Below are positions 20,346-30,957 of a stretch of 64,000 nt of DNA, one piece after another. Source of the stretch: an uncultured Gemmatimonadales bacterium (GTDB lineage Bacteria; Gemmatimonadota; Gemmatimonadetes; Gemmatimonadales; GWC2-71-9); contig OY970263.1 of NCBI GenBank assembly GCA_963715665.1, positions 253,514 through 317,513 of the forward strand. Reading direction: 5' to 3'. A program made the position numbers and the translations under genes. How positions within the stretch are numbered: position 1 is the first letter of the stretch; the number at the start of each line of letters is the position of its first letter. The notes beneath the pieces were generated by a model. The model saw only the letters and a list, made by a program, of their open reading frames with translations, was not told the DNA's origin and ran no database searches.

Positions 20346-21625
20346 GGCGTCTTCACCTGCGGCGCGAGCTTCACCTTGGTCGAATCCTTCATGTCGCGGA
20401 TCGCCTGGTAGGTGCCCGAGACCACGGTGTCGCCCTGCGTGAGGCCGCCGAGGACCTCGAAGTACTCGTCGCCCGCGATGCCCACCGTGACCGGCGTGAA
20501 GTACGCCACGCCGTTGCGCACCACGAAGACGCCGTCGGTCTCCTTCACCTTGGTCACCTCGGCGGTGTCGCCCGGCTTCATGGTGGTGGTGATCGCCGCC
20601 GACTTGCTGGTGTCGCTGCCGACCTGGTTGGCCGGACGCGCGGTGAGCGCGATGATCGGGATGCTCAGCGCGTTGTGCCGCGTGTCGGTGACGATCCGTG
20701 CCGTCATGCTGAGGTCGGGCCGGATGTCCTTCGGCGGACGGCGGAGCGTCACCTCGACGTTGAAGTCGACCGCCTGGTCGCCCGACCCGGTCGAGGCGGT
20801 GGTCGACGTGGTTGCCGCGCTGTTGCCGATCTTGGTCACCGTGCCGGCAAAGCTGGTGTCGGGGAAGGCGTCGATCGCGACGCTCACCGAATCGCCGAGG
20901 GCGAGCCGGACCACGTCGGTCTCGTCGACTTTGACGTTGGCGATGATCGTCGAGAGGTCGGCGATCCGCATCAGCAGCGCCTGCTCCGACGAGAAGGTGC
21001 CGGGCACCGCGACTTCGCCTTCCTTCTTGGGCAGCTCCACCACCTTGCCGTCGATCGGCGAGATGATCATGGTGCGGTCGAGGTTGTCCTGCGCCTCCTT
21101 GAGCGTCGCCTTGGCGTTGTCGACGTTGGCGACCGCCGCCTCGAAGTTGGCCTGCGCCACCTTGTAGGCGTCCTGGGCCTGTTCCACCGCCTCGTCGGAG
21201 GTAAGGGTGGGCTGCACCTTCTTCAGTTCGAGGGTGCGGTCGAGGGATCGCTTGGCCTGGTCGCGGTTGGCGAGCGCCTGGGCCTGCAGCGCCTGCACCT
21301 GCAGCAGCCCCGCCTTGCCGCGGTCGACGGCGCCCTTGAACTGCGACTGGTCGAGTTCCACCAGCAGCTCGCCCTTGTGGACGTAGTCACCTTCCTTGAC
21401 GTGGATCTTCATGATCCGCGCCTGCACGTCCGAGGAAACGTCGACGTCGCTCTTCGCCTCGATCTGGCCGCTGGCGGTGACCACCGCGACCAGGTCGCGG
21501 CGCGCGACCGGCTCCATCCGGACCGCGACGACCTGGCCCCGGCTGGCGCGGGTCCTGACCGAGACCCCGGCCAGCACCACGCCGACGATGATGACGCCCA
21601 ATCCGACTTTCGCTCCGCGAGTCAT
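20342..21625 (-). CDS. efflux periplasmic adaptor (HlyD/MacA family)
   Basis: 427 aa with an N-terminal TM helix, a coiled-coil hairpin region and beta-barrel-like C-terminal blocks. It sits between the TolC-like and ABC genes. Confidence 0.8.
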   Translation of the reverse strand: MTRGAKVGLGVIIVGVVLAGVSVRTRASRGQVVAVRMEPVARRDLVAVVTASGQIEAKSDVDVSSDVQARIMKIHVKEGDYVHKGELLVELDQSQFKGAVDRGKAGLLQVQALQAQALANRDQAKRSLDRTLELKKVQPTLTSDEAVEQAQDAYKVAQANFEAAVANVDNAKATLKEAQDNLDRTMIISPIDGKVVELPKKEGEVAVPGTFSSEQALLMRIADLSTIIANVKVDETDVVRLALGDSVSVAIDAFPDTSFAGTVTKIGNSAATTSTTASTGSGDQAVDFNVEVTLRRPPKDIRPDLSMTARIVTDTRHNALSIPIIALTARPANQVGSDTSKSAAITTTMKPGDTAEVTKVKETDGVFVVRNGVAYFTPVTVGIAGDEYFEVLGGLTQGDTVVSGTYQAIRDMKDSTKVKLAPQVKTP

Positions 21626-21652
21626 GTTGGTGTGACGTTCCTTTCGGGTCGG

Positions 21653-23194
21653 TTACCGCAACGGCCGGCCCACCGCCGCCTCGAGCGCCGCGATGGCCAG
21701 GTGATAGTTGTAGACCGCGGTCACATAGGCCCCTTCGGCCTGTGCCACCGCTCCCTCGGCGGTGACGACGTCGATCGCCGTCCCGTTGCCGATACGATAC
21801 TTCTCCTGCGCCAGTTCCAGCTGCTGATGCGCCAGCACCCGGTTGGAATCCTGGATCTGCGCCGTCTGCCACGACGTCCGCACCGCCACCAGCTGCTGCT
21901 GGATCTGTGCGTCGGTGGCGAGCTGCTGCTGGCGCAGCGTCTCGTCGGCGTTGTCGGCCTGGGCCCGCGCCTGGGAAATCTGCAGCGACCGCGAGAAGCC
22001 GTCCCAGATCGGCAGCGAGACGCCGAGCGAGATGCTCCAGGGCTGCTGCGAGAAGCTGAACGGGAAGACCTCGTTGGCCGTCTTGATCGACTGCACCCGG
22101 CTGGCGTCGAGCGCCGTGCCGTTGCTGTTCAGCCCCGCAAAGCTGTTGCAGTCGGCAATGATGCCGCCGTTGGCTTCCGGCAGCGGCGAGGTGAGCCGCT
22201 GGATGATCTCGTTCTGGAAATTGCAGTTCGACGCCGAGCCCTGGGCGCTCCGCAGTGCATTGTTGAGCAGCACGTTCTCGTTGGTGAACTGCTGGGTGTA
22301 GCCCCGGAACCCGGTGCTCACGCTGAACGACGGGAAGTAGTGATATTGCGCGGCGCGGACGCCGATGTGCGCCGCGTGCGCCTGGTCGCCGGCGGCCTGG
22401 ATGTTGGGGTTGGACTGGTGCGCCATCGCCAGCAGGTTCTGCAGGTCGAAGTCCGGCGCCGTCATCGGGAACTGTTCCGTCAGCTGCAGCGAATCGACGT
22501 CGGCCATCATCGGCACGCCGATGTGCTGCAGCAGGGTGATCTTGGCCTGGGTGAGCGCCTGCTGGTCCTGCGCCACCGTCACCTGCGCGTTGGTGAGGTT
22601 GACCCGCGCCTGGGTGACATCGAGCTGCGTCCCCTGGCCGACCTGGAAGCGCGCCTGCGCGAGATCGGAGTTCGACTGATAGATCGCCACCTGGTCCTGC
22701 GCCACCTTGAGCGTCGCCGCCGCGCGCAGCGCCGTGATGTACTGGCTGGTCACGTCGTTGGTGACCGAGACCGCCGCGGCACCGACATTCGATTCGGCGG
22801 CGCGCTCGTTGGCCTTTGCCTGCGCCGGACCGAGGAAGGTCGACGGCGACAGCGACCAGCTGGCCGAGAGCTGGTACCCCGAGGTGAGCGACGGCGACGT
22901 CTGGTTGAATGTCGTGCCGCCGAACGTCGAACTGCCGGCGCCGGTATAGCCCACCGAGCCGCCGGCGTCGATCGTCGGCAGCAGGGCAAACTGGGCCTGC
23001 CGTACCGCCACGGCCGCCGGGTCGGCATTGTTCTCGGCGGTGCGGTAGACCGGGCTGTAGCTCTTCGCCAGCCGGATCGCGTCCGCCAGCGAGAGTTGCC
23101 GGGGAACCTGCGGGCCCCCCGTCTGGGCCGCCAGCGGGGCGACCAACGCCGCCAGGGTGATTGCCAGAGTGCAGCCAAACCGACGCTTCGTCAT
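21653..23194 (-). CDS. TolC-family outer membrane efflux protein
   Basis: 513 aa with a signal peptide and two repeated helical/beta halves typical of OMF proteins. First gene of the efflux operon. Confidence 0.8.
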   Translation of the reverse strand: MTKRRFGCTLAITLAALVAPLAAQTGGPQVPRQLSLADAIRLAKSYSPVYRTAENNADPAAVAVRQAQFALLPTIDAGGSVGYTGAGSSTFGGTTFNQTSPSLTSGYQLSASWSLSPSTFLGPAQAKANERAAESNVGAAAVSVTNDVTSQYITALRAAATLKVAQDQVAIYQSNSDLAQARFQVGQGTQLDVTQARVNLTNAQVTVAQDQQALTQAKITLLQHIGVPMMADVDSLQLTEQFPMTAPDFDLQNLLAMAHQSNPNIQAAGDQAHAAHIGVRAAQYHYFPSFSVSTGFRGYTQQFTNENVLLNNALRSAQGSASNCNFQNEIIQRLTSPLPEANGGIIADCNSFAGLNSNGTALDASRVQSIKTANEVFPFSFSQQPWSISLGVSLPIWDGFSRSLQISQARAQADNADETLRQQQLATDAQIQQQLVAVRTSWQTAQIQDSNRVLAHQQLELAQEKYRIGNGTAIDVVTAEGAVAQAEGAYVTAVYNYHLAIAALEAAVGRPLR

Positions 23195-23249
23195 GTTCCG
23201 TCCTTACCGGTCAATGGATGATGCCGTGGCCACTTACGGTGACCAGCCA

Positions 23250-26200
23250 ATGAAGTTTCAGAGTGCTACATCCGCTCCCGATCGGCCGGCCACCGCCTTC
23301 TGGATCGCCGTGGCCGGAAACGTAGTGCTGGCCGGCGAGGCCGCCCGTCTCGCCACCTGGCCCTGGCTTGCCGCGGCGACAGTGCTCAGCGCCGTCGTGG
23401 CGTGGTACGCATGGTACCGGGTGGCCGGTGCCCGCGGAACCGCCGTCGGGCTCGTGCTGCTCCTCCTTGGCCTCGGCGTTGCCACCGTCCGGTTGGCGCA
23501 CGTCGTGGTCCACGCCCGCATCCTCGTGGCGGAAGCGGTGCGCGATGCCACCGCGGCCCGCGACCGCGACCTCGCCACCGCCGTCGACGGCGCCATCCAT
23601 GTCGCCCGAACAGCACTACAACGTGCGGGGAAGAGCCCTCCAGAGGAAGTGCCGCCGCTCGCCGACCTGGTGCGCGGGGCGCCGCTCGAAGAGGCGCTCG
23701 CGGTCCTCGGCGGCGACACGGTGATCGCCGTTGCGGGGCCGCAGCGCACGCCGCCAAGGCCCGGCGGCGCGCCGGCCCGTCTGGTGATCACCCCGTTCAG
23801 CCACGCGTTGGCGCTCCGCGAGCAGCTCGGCAACCGGATCGCCGAAGTCACCTTGCTGCTCGACGCCTTGCCGTCGTTGCCGTCGGCGGGGCCGTCACTC
23901 GCCGGCCGAGCGGGGAAGTGGCAGGGGGTGCGCTGGAGGTGGGATGCGCCGGGTGACTCCGAGGTTGCGTTCGCCAGCGTCCCGGCCGCCATCGCGGGCG
24001 TCGAGCGCGCGATGGTGCCGATCGCTCCCGATTCGGCGGCATACGTGGCACGGGAAGCGGCGACGGCGCGCTGGGTGGTGGCGGCCGGGCTCATTGCGCT
24101 CGCGCTGCTGGTGTTGCTGTCGGCGAGCCAGGTCGGCCCGCGGGCCGGCGCACTGCTGGTGCCGCTCTGGGCGGTGTTGCGTTCCGGCGTGGCGACCGGG
24201 ATCACCGACGCCAGGCTGATCGAAGCGCTCCTCGTCACGGTGGCCGTCGCCGAACTGGCGATCATCGCGTGGCGCCGCGGGCCACGACGACGCATCGCGG
24301 GCGGCGTGGTCGCGGCGATCCTGATTGCCGGTGCCCCGGCGCTGATCGTCTTCGGTGCCCGGGCGGTGATTCCGGTCGGCGAGTTGCAGGCTTCGCGCAG
24401 CTGGTTTCTCTGGGAGGCGGTGGTCGCGGTGGCGGCGGCGGGATACCTCGCCCTTGCCAACGTGCCGCTCCGCTCCGCCGATGACGATGCCGCGCCGCGC
24501 TGGGCAGGATGGCTGGCGGCCGTCGCGGCGCTGGTGATCGGCGCGATCGGTGTGGAAGGGTGGACGCCGGCGGGGTGGAGCGCGTGGTACGTGGCGCTCT
24601 GGGTGGTGCCCCTGGGGCTGCTGCTGCCGCGAATGCCGGCGCGCCTCCGCCTCGGCGCGCTCGCCTGTTGCGCGGTGGTGCTCGCGGCGCTCGCGACCTG
24701 GGGCACGTCGCTCGACCGCACCATGTCGCTGGCGAGTGCCGACCTGGCGCGACTCGACGCCGGGAGCGATCCGCTGGCGGTCGGCGCGCTCGACGCCTTT
24801 GCCGATTCGGCGCGGGCGGTGCACGCCACCCGCCTCGACCGGCTCTACGCCGCGTGGCGCAACTCGCCGTTGTGGCGCGACGGCTTTCCGTCGTACCTCT
24901 CGCTCTGGGACAGCACCGGCCACCAGTTCGACGAGGTGCCGCTGGATTCGCTGTCGGTGAGCTGGTTCGACCTGGCGCCGCTGGTGCGCGGTGTCGACTC
25001 GGAGCCGGAGATCGTGCCGCTGGCCCGCGGCGCGGGGCACCACGACGTTCTCGTGCTGCCGCTGACGCCCGATACGATCGCGACCGTGATGGTCGGTCCC
25101 CGCTCGCGGCTCCTGGTCCCGACCGTCTTCGGCCAGCTGACCGGCTGGCGGAGCACCACCACGCCGTCGTACCGGGTCGACGTGATTCCCGCCGCTGCCG
25201 CGTCGAGTGACACCGCGTTCTACCGCACCCATCGCTTCATCCGGACCGACCGGGTGGTGACTCGCGGTGACTACCCCCGAACCGTGCGGGCCGAAATCGA
25301 GATCGACAAGCCGGCGCAATACATCGTGCGCGCGCTGCTGGTGACGATCCTCGACCTGTTGCTGGTGGGCGCCGTGTGGTTCGGGTTGCAGTGGATCTTC
25401 GGGCAGTGGCGCCCGCCGGGGAGCCGGGTGTTCCGGCGCTCGTATCGCCGGATGATCGCGACGGCGCTGATGGCGTTCTTCATCGTGCCGGCCGCGCTGT
25501 TCACCCTCTGGTCGGTGTACCGGCTGCGGTTGAGCGCCGCCGACCAGCGCGCCGACGAACTCGAGGCGACGCTGCGCGATGTGACGGTGCGCGGCGGACT
25601 GTCGATTGCCGACGCCCGGCAGCCGAGCCACGATTCGCTGGCACTGGTGGCGGACGACGCCAGCGCCGAGCTGGGGGTCTACCGCGACAGCCGGCTGATT
25701 GCGGCGAGCAACCCGATCCTCGAGCAGCTGGGATTGCTGCCGGCGGTGATCAACCCGCCGTCACGAGGCCCCGCGGTGCTGGGGCCGGTCAACCTCTCGA
25801 ACGCGCTCCCCGGCGGCCGCGCGAGGGTCGGCGTGCAGGCGACGGCGCGCCCGGCCACGCTGATTGCCGCGGTGCTGCCGGGGGGCGAAACCGACTTCGA
25901 GCGCGGCCAGGTGGACCTCGCGATGCTGCTGGTGCTGACCACGCTGGCCGGTGCTGGTGCGGCGATCTTCGTCGCGGGGCGCGTTGCCGACGGGTTGGGT
26001 CAGCCAATCGACATGCTGCGGCGGACCGCGCTCGCCATCGGCCGGCGGGAAACCGCGCCGCTCGCCGAACGGATCCCCGCCGAATTCGTCCCGGTCTTCG
26101 GTGCCATCAGCCAGATGGAGCACGACCTCCGCGACAGCGAAGCGGAACTGCGGGCCGGACGGGCGCGCACCGCGGCGATCCTGGCGACGGTGGCCACCGG

Positions 26201-27176
26201 CGTGATCGGTGTCGACGGCAGCGGAACGGTGACCCACGCCAACCCGCGCGCCGGCGAACTGCTCGGCAACGCGATCGCGGTCGGGGCGCCGATCGGCGGT
26301 CAACTGCCGGAAGCCTGGGCGCCGGTGTCCCACGGGGTGACCCGGCTGCTGGGCCGCCATACCCGCACGCCGGAGAGCTTCGAGCTTCCCGTGGAACAGC
26401 GACGCTACGAGGTCACGCTGGCACCGCTCGCCGACGGCGGACTGGTCCTCGCCATCACCGACATCACCGAAGCGGCCCGTGCGGCGCGCGTGCTGGCGTG
26501 GGGCGAGATGGCGCGGCAGGTGGCGCACGAGATCAAGAACCCCCTCACGCCGATGCGGCTTGGCCTGCAGCATCTGCGCCGGGTGACCGAGGGCGCCGGC
26601 GACGATGTCGACCCCGGAGTGCGCCGGCTGGTTGACGAGACGGTGGCGCGGCTCCTCGCCGAGATTGAACGGCTCGACCGGATCGCGCGGTCGTTTGCCC
26701 GCTACGGCGCGCCGCCCGACCAGTCGGCGGCCCCGCTGGAGGCGATCGACCTGCGGATGGTGAGCGACGAGATTGCCGGCCTCTACGGGCTCGCGTCGGA
26801 GGGGCTGCAGATCGAGGTGACCGGCACCGGCACCCACCCGGTCCGGGCCCGGCGCGAGGAGCTGGTGCAGGTGCTGCTCAACCTCCTCGACAACGCCCGG
26901 CAGGCGGGGGCCGACCGGATCCGGCTGGCGGTTGACGGCGGGACACTGCATATAGAGGACAACGGCCCGGGAATTCCCCCTGACCAGCTGGGGAGGATCT
27001 TCGAGCCGTCGTTCTCGACCCGGACCAGTGGCACCGGGCTGGGCCTGGCGATTGTCCGGCGGCTGGTGGAGGGGTGGGGCGCGACGATCGGCGCCCGGAG
27101 CGCGCCGGGGCGCGGTGCGGCGTTCGTGATCCGGTTCGTCGCCGACGGAGACGAACCGGGTGCGACGGGAGCATGA
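23250..27176 (+). CDS. large multi-TM sensor histidine kinase (HAMP/PAS-HisKA-HATPase)
   Basis: A long N-terminus rich in TM helices, an H-box (MARQVAHEIKNPLTPM), an N-box (LLNLLDNARQA) and a G-box (GTGLGLAIVRR). ATG 23250 was chosen to avoid overlap with the tolC start. Confidence 0.85.
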   Translation: MKFQSATSAPDRPATAFWIAVAGNVVLAGEAARLATWPWLAAATVLSAVVAWYAWYRVAGARGTAVGLVLLLLGLGVATVRLAHVVVHARILVAEAVRDATAARDRDLATAVDGAIHVARTALQRAGKSPPEEVPPLADLVRGAPLEEALAVLGGDTVIAVAGPQRTPPRPGGAPARLVITPFSHALALREQLGNRIAEVTLLLDALPSLPSAGPSLAGRAGKWQGVRWRWDAPGDSEVAFASVPAAIAGVERAMVPIAPDSAAYVAREAATARWVVAAGLIALALLVLLSASQVGPRAGALLVPLWAVLRSGVATGITDARLIEALLVTVAVAELAIIAWRRGPRRRIAGGVVAAILIAGAPALIVFGARAVIPVGELQASRSWFLWEAVVAVAAAGYLALANVPLRSADDDAAPRWAGWLAAVAALVIGAIGVEGWTPAGWSAWYVALWVVPLGLLLPRMPARLRLGALACCAVVLAALATWGTSLDRTMSLASADLARLDAGSDPLAVGALDAFADSARAVHATRLDRLYAAWRNSPLWRDGFPSYLSLWDSTGHQFDEVPLDSLSVSWFDLAPLVRGVDSEPEIVPLARGAGHHDVLVLPLTPDTIATVMVGPRSRLLVPTVFGQLTGWRSTTTPSYRVDVIPAAAASSDTAFYRTHRFIRTDRVVTRGDYPRTVRAEIEIDKPAQYIVRALLVTILDLLLVGAVWFGLQWIFGQWRPPGSRVFRRSYRRMIATALMAFFIVPAALFTLWSVYRLRLSAADQRADELEATLRDVTVRGGLSIADARQPSHDSLALVADDASAELGVYRDSRLIAASNPILEQLGLLPAVINPPSRGPAVLGPVNLSNALPGGRARVGVQATARPATLIAAVLPGGETDFERGQVDLAMLLVLTTLAGAGAAIFVAGRVADGLGQPIDMLRRTALAIGRRETAPLAERIPAEFVPVFGAISQMEHDLRDSEAELRAGRARTAAILATVATGVIGVDGSGTVTHANPRAGELLGNAIAVGAPIGGQLPEAWAPVSHGVTRLLGRHTRTPESFELPVEQRRYEVTLAPLADGGLVLAITDITEAARAARVLAWGEMARQVAHEIKNPLTPMRLGLQHLRRVTEGAGDDVDPGVRRLVDETVARLLAEIERLDRIARSFARYGAPPDQSAAPLEAIDLRMVSDEIAGLYGLASEGLQIEVTGTGTHPVRARREELVQVLLNLLDNARQAGADRIRLAVDGGTLHIEDNGPGIPPDQLGRIFEPSFSTRTSGTGLGLAIVRRLVEGWGATIGARSAPGRGAAFVIRFVADGDEPGATGA

Positions 27177-27299
27177 TCCGGCCTGCTACGGACCACGTTT
27201 CAACCTGCGGTCGCCCCGGGGCGTAGGAAGGCCAACCCGCGGCGCGCCGATTCCCGGACGATTCCAGCGGGCCGAACCAGTCGACCGGAGTCTCCTTCT

Positions 27300-27677
27300 A
27301 TGAAGTCCCGTTTTGCACTGCTGGCATTGCTGGTGGTGGCGGTGTCCCCCCTGGCGGCTCAACGCGGCGGTCGCGGGTTCGGACCGACCGGCGTCCTGAA
27401 CTACGATCAGATGAATTCGCTGCTCAAGCTGTCGTCGCAGCAGAAGACCCGGTATCAGGCCGCGCTCACGACATACAACAAGCTGGTGCAGCCGTTGCAG
27501 CAATACACTCGCGACCAGCGCCAGGCCGGTGCGGTCGTCTCGGCCGATTCGACCAGGAAGCAGCAGGACGTGTTCGATTCGTTCAGGAGCTCGATCGACA
27601 GCATGCTCACCGACGTGCAGCGGCCGAAGTTCGATTCCGTGGCGGCGCTGACCGGCCGCGGTGCCCGGGGCTTCTGA
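27300..27677 (+). CDS. Spy/CpxP-like periplasmic protein
   Basis: Signal peptide plus two LTxxQ-like motifs (LSSQQ, LTDVQ). Confidence 0.55.
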   Translation: MKSRFALLALLVVAVSPLAAQRGGRGFGPTGVLNYDQMNSLLKLSSQQKTRYQAALTTYNKLVQPLQQYTRDQRQAGAVVSADSTRKQQDVFDSFRSSIDSMLTDVQRPKFDSVAALTGRGARGF

Positions 27678-27716
27678 GGGAGGGGAACCATTCGCCGGCT
27701 CGCGCTCTGTATCGTA

Positions 27717-28253
27717 TTGCTTGCCGGGTGCCGGCGCGGGAGTGCTCCGCCGGCACCCGGCGCTTCGTTGGCGCCCATGAACGGTGCCGCGCCGGGCGAC
27801 ACCGCCGCACCGCTCACCTATGAGGACGTCGCCCCGGGCGACACCGGCGCGGTGCTCGACATCATGCGGCGAACCATGTCCACGGTCGACGCGGCGCTCG
27901 ACCAGATGGTGCGCCGCGACACGCTGGTCGTCCCGCCGCCGCCGGACACCGTGCCGCAACGGGTGTCGCTCTGGAGCGTCAACGGCGTGCCGCGCAAGCT
28001 GGTGGTGAGTGATTCGAATGCTTTTGCCGGAATGACTCCCGACACCTCCATCTGGTTCGTTGGCGGCGACGTGAGCGTGGTGCAGGAGCCGGCCGACCTC
28101 TTCGCCTTCGACGCCGGAAAGATGCTGCTCTGGACCGACCAGGCGTTCGACCCGCGCCAGGACGTGACCCAGGCGCAGGTGATGGCGCAGGAGACCGCGG
28201 TCATGCAGCGAGCGGAGCAACTGCTGGCGCTGTTCGGGGTGAAGCTGCCGTAG
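27717..28253 (+). CDS. hypothetical lipoprotein
   Basis: A lipobox (LLAGC) sits at the very start of the track ORF. The in-frame upstream codons (IRRLALCIV) look like the missing signal peptide, but no canonical start codon is present there (possibly ATT near 27690). Confidence 0.5.
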   Translation: MLAGCRRGSAPPAPGASLAPMNGAAPGDTAAPLTYEDVAPGDTGAVLDIMRRTMSTVDAALDQMVRRDTLVVPPPPDTVPQRVSLWSVNGVPRKLVVSDSNAFAGMTPDTSIWFVGGDVSVVQEPADLFAFDAGKMLLWTDQAFDPRQDVTQAQVMAQETAVMQRAEQLLALFGVKLP

Positions 28254-28405
28254 GTCTCGCCGCGTTTTTCTGGTACGTCCCACATCTCCAGGTATTCTCG
28301 ATGTCGTTGGTCGCCACTACGGTCAGGCGTGGCGCGAATTGGCCGCTTGCGTCGGACCACCGACATGGTCATAATATTATGACCTATTTGCCGGGAGTGA
28401 TCGTC

Positions 28406-28678
28406 ATGACGAAGACCGCAAGTCAGCCGCCGGCGGTGCCGGTGGCCACGTTCAAGGCCAAGTGCGCCGAGCGGCTCGACACGGTGCACGAGACCGGTCA
28501 GCCGCTGGTGGTGACCAAGTACGGCCGCCCCTTTGTCCAGGTGGTGCCGTGCGACGGGTTCACCGCCGACCCGATCGGTTTCATGCAGGGCACGGTGGTG
28601 ATGGCCGGCAACCTGGTGTCGGCGGATCATGCCAGCTGGCGCGCGAGCGGCAGCGATCCGCTCGCCGGCCGGCCGTGA
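28406..28678 (+). CDS. type II antitoxin, Phd/YefM family
   Basis: VATFKAKCAERLDTVHETGQPLVVTKYGRPFVQVVP is typical of Phd/YefM. Its stop overlaps the next ORF. Confidence 0.7.
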   Translation: MTKTASQPPAVPVATFKAKCAERLDTVHETGQPLVVTKYGRPFVQVVPCDGFTADPIGFMQGTVVMAGNLVSADHASWRASGSDPLAGRP

Positions 28679-28740
28679 CTCCGCGGGCGTCCCGCCGGGG
28701 CGGCGTGGCAGGATGGCGCCGCCCCGAGCTGGTCTGGCGA

Positions 28741-29181
28741 GTGGGAAGCCGTCCCGACTACATCGGGCCGTTGCTGCTCGACACGCACCTCTGGGTGTGG
28801 ATGCTGGACGGCGACACCAGCCGGCTGCCGCTGCCATTGGTGCCGCTGGTCCGGGCCGCGGCGCGGGATGGTCGGCTGTTCGTAAGCGAGATCTCGTTCT
28901 GGGAAGTGGCCCAGAAGGTCGGCAAGGGAAGACTGCGGCTGACGATGCCGGTTTCCACCTGGACCCGTCGGGCCGCGATGGCACCCGGTGTGAACTATCT
29001 CGCCGTCGACCGCGACGTGCTGGTGACCAGCACGGGGATCGACACGATGCACGGCGATCCCGCCGACCGGATGCTGGTGGCCACCGCCAAGCTCACCGGT
29101 ACGCCGCTGGCGACGGCGGACGAGGCGATTGTCGCATGGGCGCATGGTGAAGGCGCGACGCCGGTGTGCGATTGCCGGTAG
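28741..29181 (+). CDS. type II toxin, PIN domain (VapC-like)
   Basis: LLLDTHLWVW...SEISFWEV...GDPADRMLVATA carries the PIN acidic residues. The start is GTG 28741, or alternatively GTG 28675. Confidence 0.7.
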   Translation: MGSRPDYIGPLLLDTHLWVWMLDGDTSRLPLPLVPLVRAAARDGRLFVSEISFWEVAQKVGKGRLRLTMPVSTWTRRAAMAPGVNYLAVDRDVLVTSTGIDTMHGDPADRMLVATAKLTGTPLATADEAIVAWAHGEGATPVCDCR

Positions 29182-29284
29182 CGGTCTCAGCGTGCTGCAC
29201 TTTCGTGTACCCGCTGGCGTTGGTTCCTTGTCCCCGCCTCCGCTGACGCGCTGATTCTCCCGGCCTCCCCGACAGGAGGCCGCA

Positions 29285-30817
29285 TTGCTCTCCCGCATCC
29301 ACTCCGCCACGGTGCTCGGCGTCGAGGCGCTCGCCGTCGACGTCGAGATCGACATTGCCAACGGCCTGCCGTCGTTCACCACGGTCGGGTTGCCGGTGGG
29401 CGCGGTCAAGGAAGGGCGGGAGCGTGTCGCGGCGGCGCTCCAGAACGCCGGCTTCCAGCTGCCGCTGCGGCGGATCACCGTGAACCTGGCGCCGGCCGAC
29501 GTGCAGAAGCGCGGCAGCGCGTTCGACCTGGCCGTCGCCGTGGGGATCCTCGCCGCGAGCGGCCAGATCTCCGACGACCGGCTGCATCGTTCGTTGCTGC
29601 TGGGCGAGCTGGGACTGGAAGGCGACCTGCGGCCGGTCCGCGGCGCGCTGCCGATTGCGCTGGCGGCGCGGGGGTTCGGGTGCGACGAGCTGATCCTGCC
29701 GCAGGCCAACGTGGCCGAAGCGGCGGTGGTGGGCGGGGTGTCGGTGCGCGGGGCGGCGAGCCTCACGGCGGTATGCCGGCACCTCACCGGTGAGGCGCCG
29801 CTGGCGGCGGTGCGCACCGACGCGGCGGCACTGATGGCGGAATTGCCGCAGAGCGATGTGGATTTTGCCGAGGTGAAGGCGCAGGGGGCGGCAAAACGGG
29901 CGATGGAGGTGGCGGCGGCGGGGGCGCACAACCTGTTGCTGATCGGTCCGCCCGGGGCGGGCAAGACGATGCTGGCGCGGCGGCTGCCGACGATCCTGCC
30001 GTCGATGTCGCTGGCCGAAGCGCTCGACGTGACGCGGATTCACAGTGTGGCGGGGTTGTTGCCGGCGGGGCAGGCGCTGGTGACGCGGCGTCCGTTCCGG
30101 GCGCCGCACCACACCGTCTCGTACGCCGGGCTGATCGGTGGTGGGGCGATTCCGCGGCCCGGTGAGGTGTCGCTGGCGCATCACGGGGTGCTCTTTCTCG
30201 ACGAAGTGGCCGAGCTGTCGAGCAACGTGCTGGAAGTACTGCGGCAACCGCTGGAGGACGGGCAGGTCACCATCTCGCGGGCGGCGATGACGCTGGCGTA
30301 TCCGGCGCGGTTCCTGCTGGTGGCGGCGATGAATCCCTGTCCCTGCGGCTACCTGGGTGACGCGACGCGGCAGTGCAGCTGTTCGCCGATGGCGGTGCAG
30401 CGGTACCGCGCGAAGATCTCCGGGCCGTTGCTCGACCGGGTGGACATCCACCTGAGTGTCCCGCCGGTGGCCTACGACGATCTCACCGCGCGCAAGGCAG
30501 CGGAATCGAGTACCGTGGTGCGCCAGCGGGTGGAAGCGGCGCGGGCGCGGCAGCTGGAGCGGTTCCGGGAGGTGCGCGGGGTGTATGCCAATGCCCACAT
30601 GGGACCGCGGGAGCTGGCGAAGTTCGTGCGGACCGACGCGGCGACGGATGCGGTACTGAAGCAGGCAATCGTCAAGCTGGGGCTTTCGGCGCGGGCGTAT
30701 CACCGCGTGCTCAAACTGGCGCGGACACTGGCGGATCTGGAGGGGGTGGAGGACGTGGGGCCGCAGCATGTGGGGGAGGCGATCCAGTATCGGGTGCTGG
30801 ACCGGGGGGAGGGGTGA
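29285..30817 (+). CDS. comM: YifB/ComM family Mg-chelatase-like ATPase (intact)
   Basis: 510 aa with GGAGG before the TTG start. Lon-like N-terminus, AAA+ core (LLIGPPGAGKTM, VLFLDE), the NPCPCGY motif and a C-terminal helical domain. Confidence 0.9.
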   Translation: MLSRIHSATVLGVEALAVDVEIDIANGLPSFTTVGLPVGAVKEGRERVAAALQNAGFQLPLRRITVNLAPADVQKRGSAFDLAVAVGILAASGQISDDRLHRSLLLGELGLEGDLRPVRGALPIALAARGFGCDELILPQANVAEAAVVGGVSVRGAASLTAVCRHLTGEAPLAAVRTDAAALMAELPQSDVDFAEVKAQGAAKRAMEVAAAGAHNLLLIGPPGAGKTMLARRLPTILPSMSLAEALDVTRIHSVAGLLPAGQALVTRRPFRAPHHTVSYAGLIGGGAIPRPGEVSLAHHGVLFLDEVAELSSNVLEVLRQPLEDGQVTISRAAMTLAYPARFLLVAAMNPCPCGYLGDATRQCSCSPMAVQRYRAKISGPLLDRVDIHLSVPPVAYDDLTARKAAESSTVVRQRVEAARARQLERFREVRGVYANAHMGPRELAKFVRTDAATDAVLKQAIVKLGLSARAYHRVLKLARTLADLEGVEDVGPQHVGEAIQYRVLDRGEG

Positions 30818-30916
30818 GGGCGGGGGCGGCACAGGGGCCACCGATCAACGCTTGACTGTCGGGCAACCTGGCTGCGAGGCCGGGTTGACACGGGTTGCAC
30901 CAGCCGGTACCGTTGA

Positions 30917-30946
30917 ACGCCACGCCACGCCACGCCACGCCACGCC
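30917..30946. repeat. pentanucleotide tandem repeat (ACGCC)x6
   Basis: Counted directly. The paralogous site at 47229-47273 has 9 units. Confidence 0.9.
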
Positions 30947-30957
30947 ATGGTGGTGTG

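Noticed and set aside
27186-28283. 365-aa minus-strand ORF
   Set aside because: It is antisense to three + strand genes that have signal peptides and motifs. Its translation is low-complexity and R/H/G-rich.
28406-29181. VapBC-type pair next to comM as part of the novel system
   Set aside because: It is an ordinary Phd/YefM-PIN module with backbone GC, located upstream of the intact comM and outside the repeat-bounded array.
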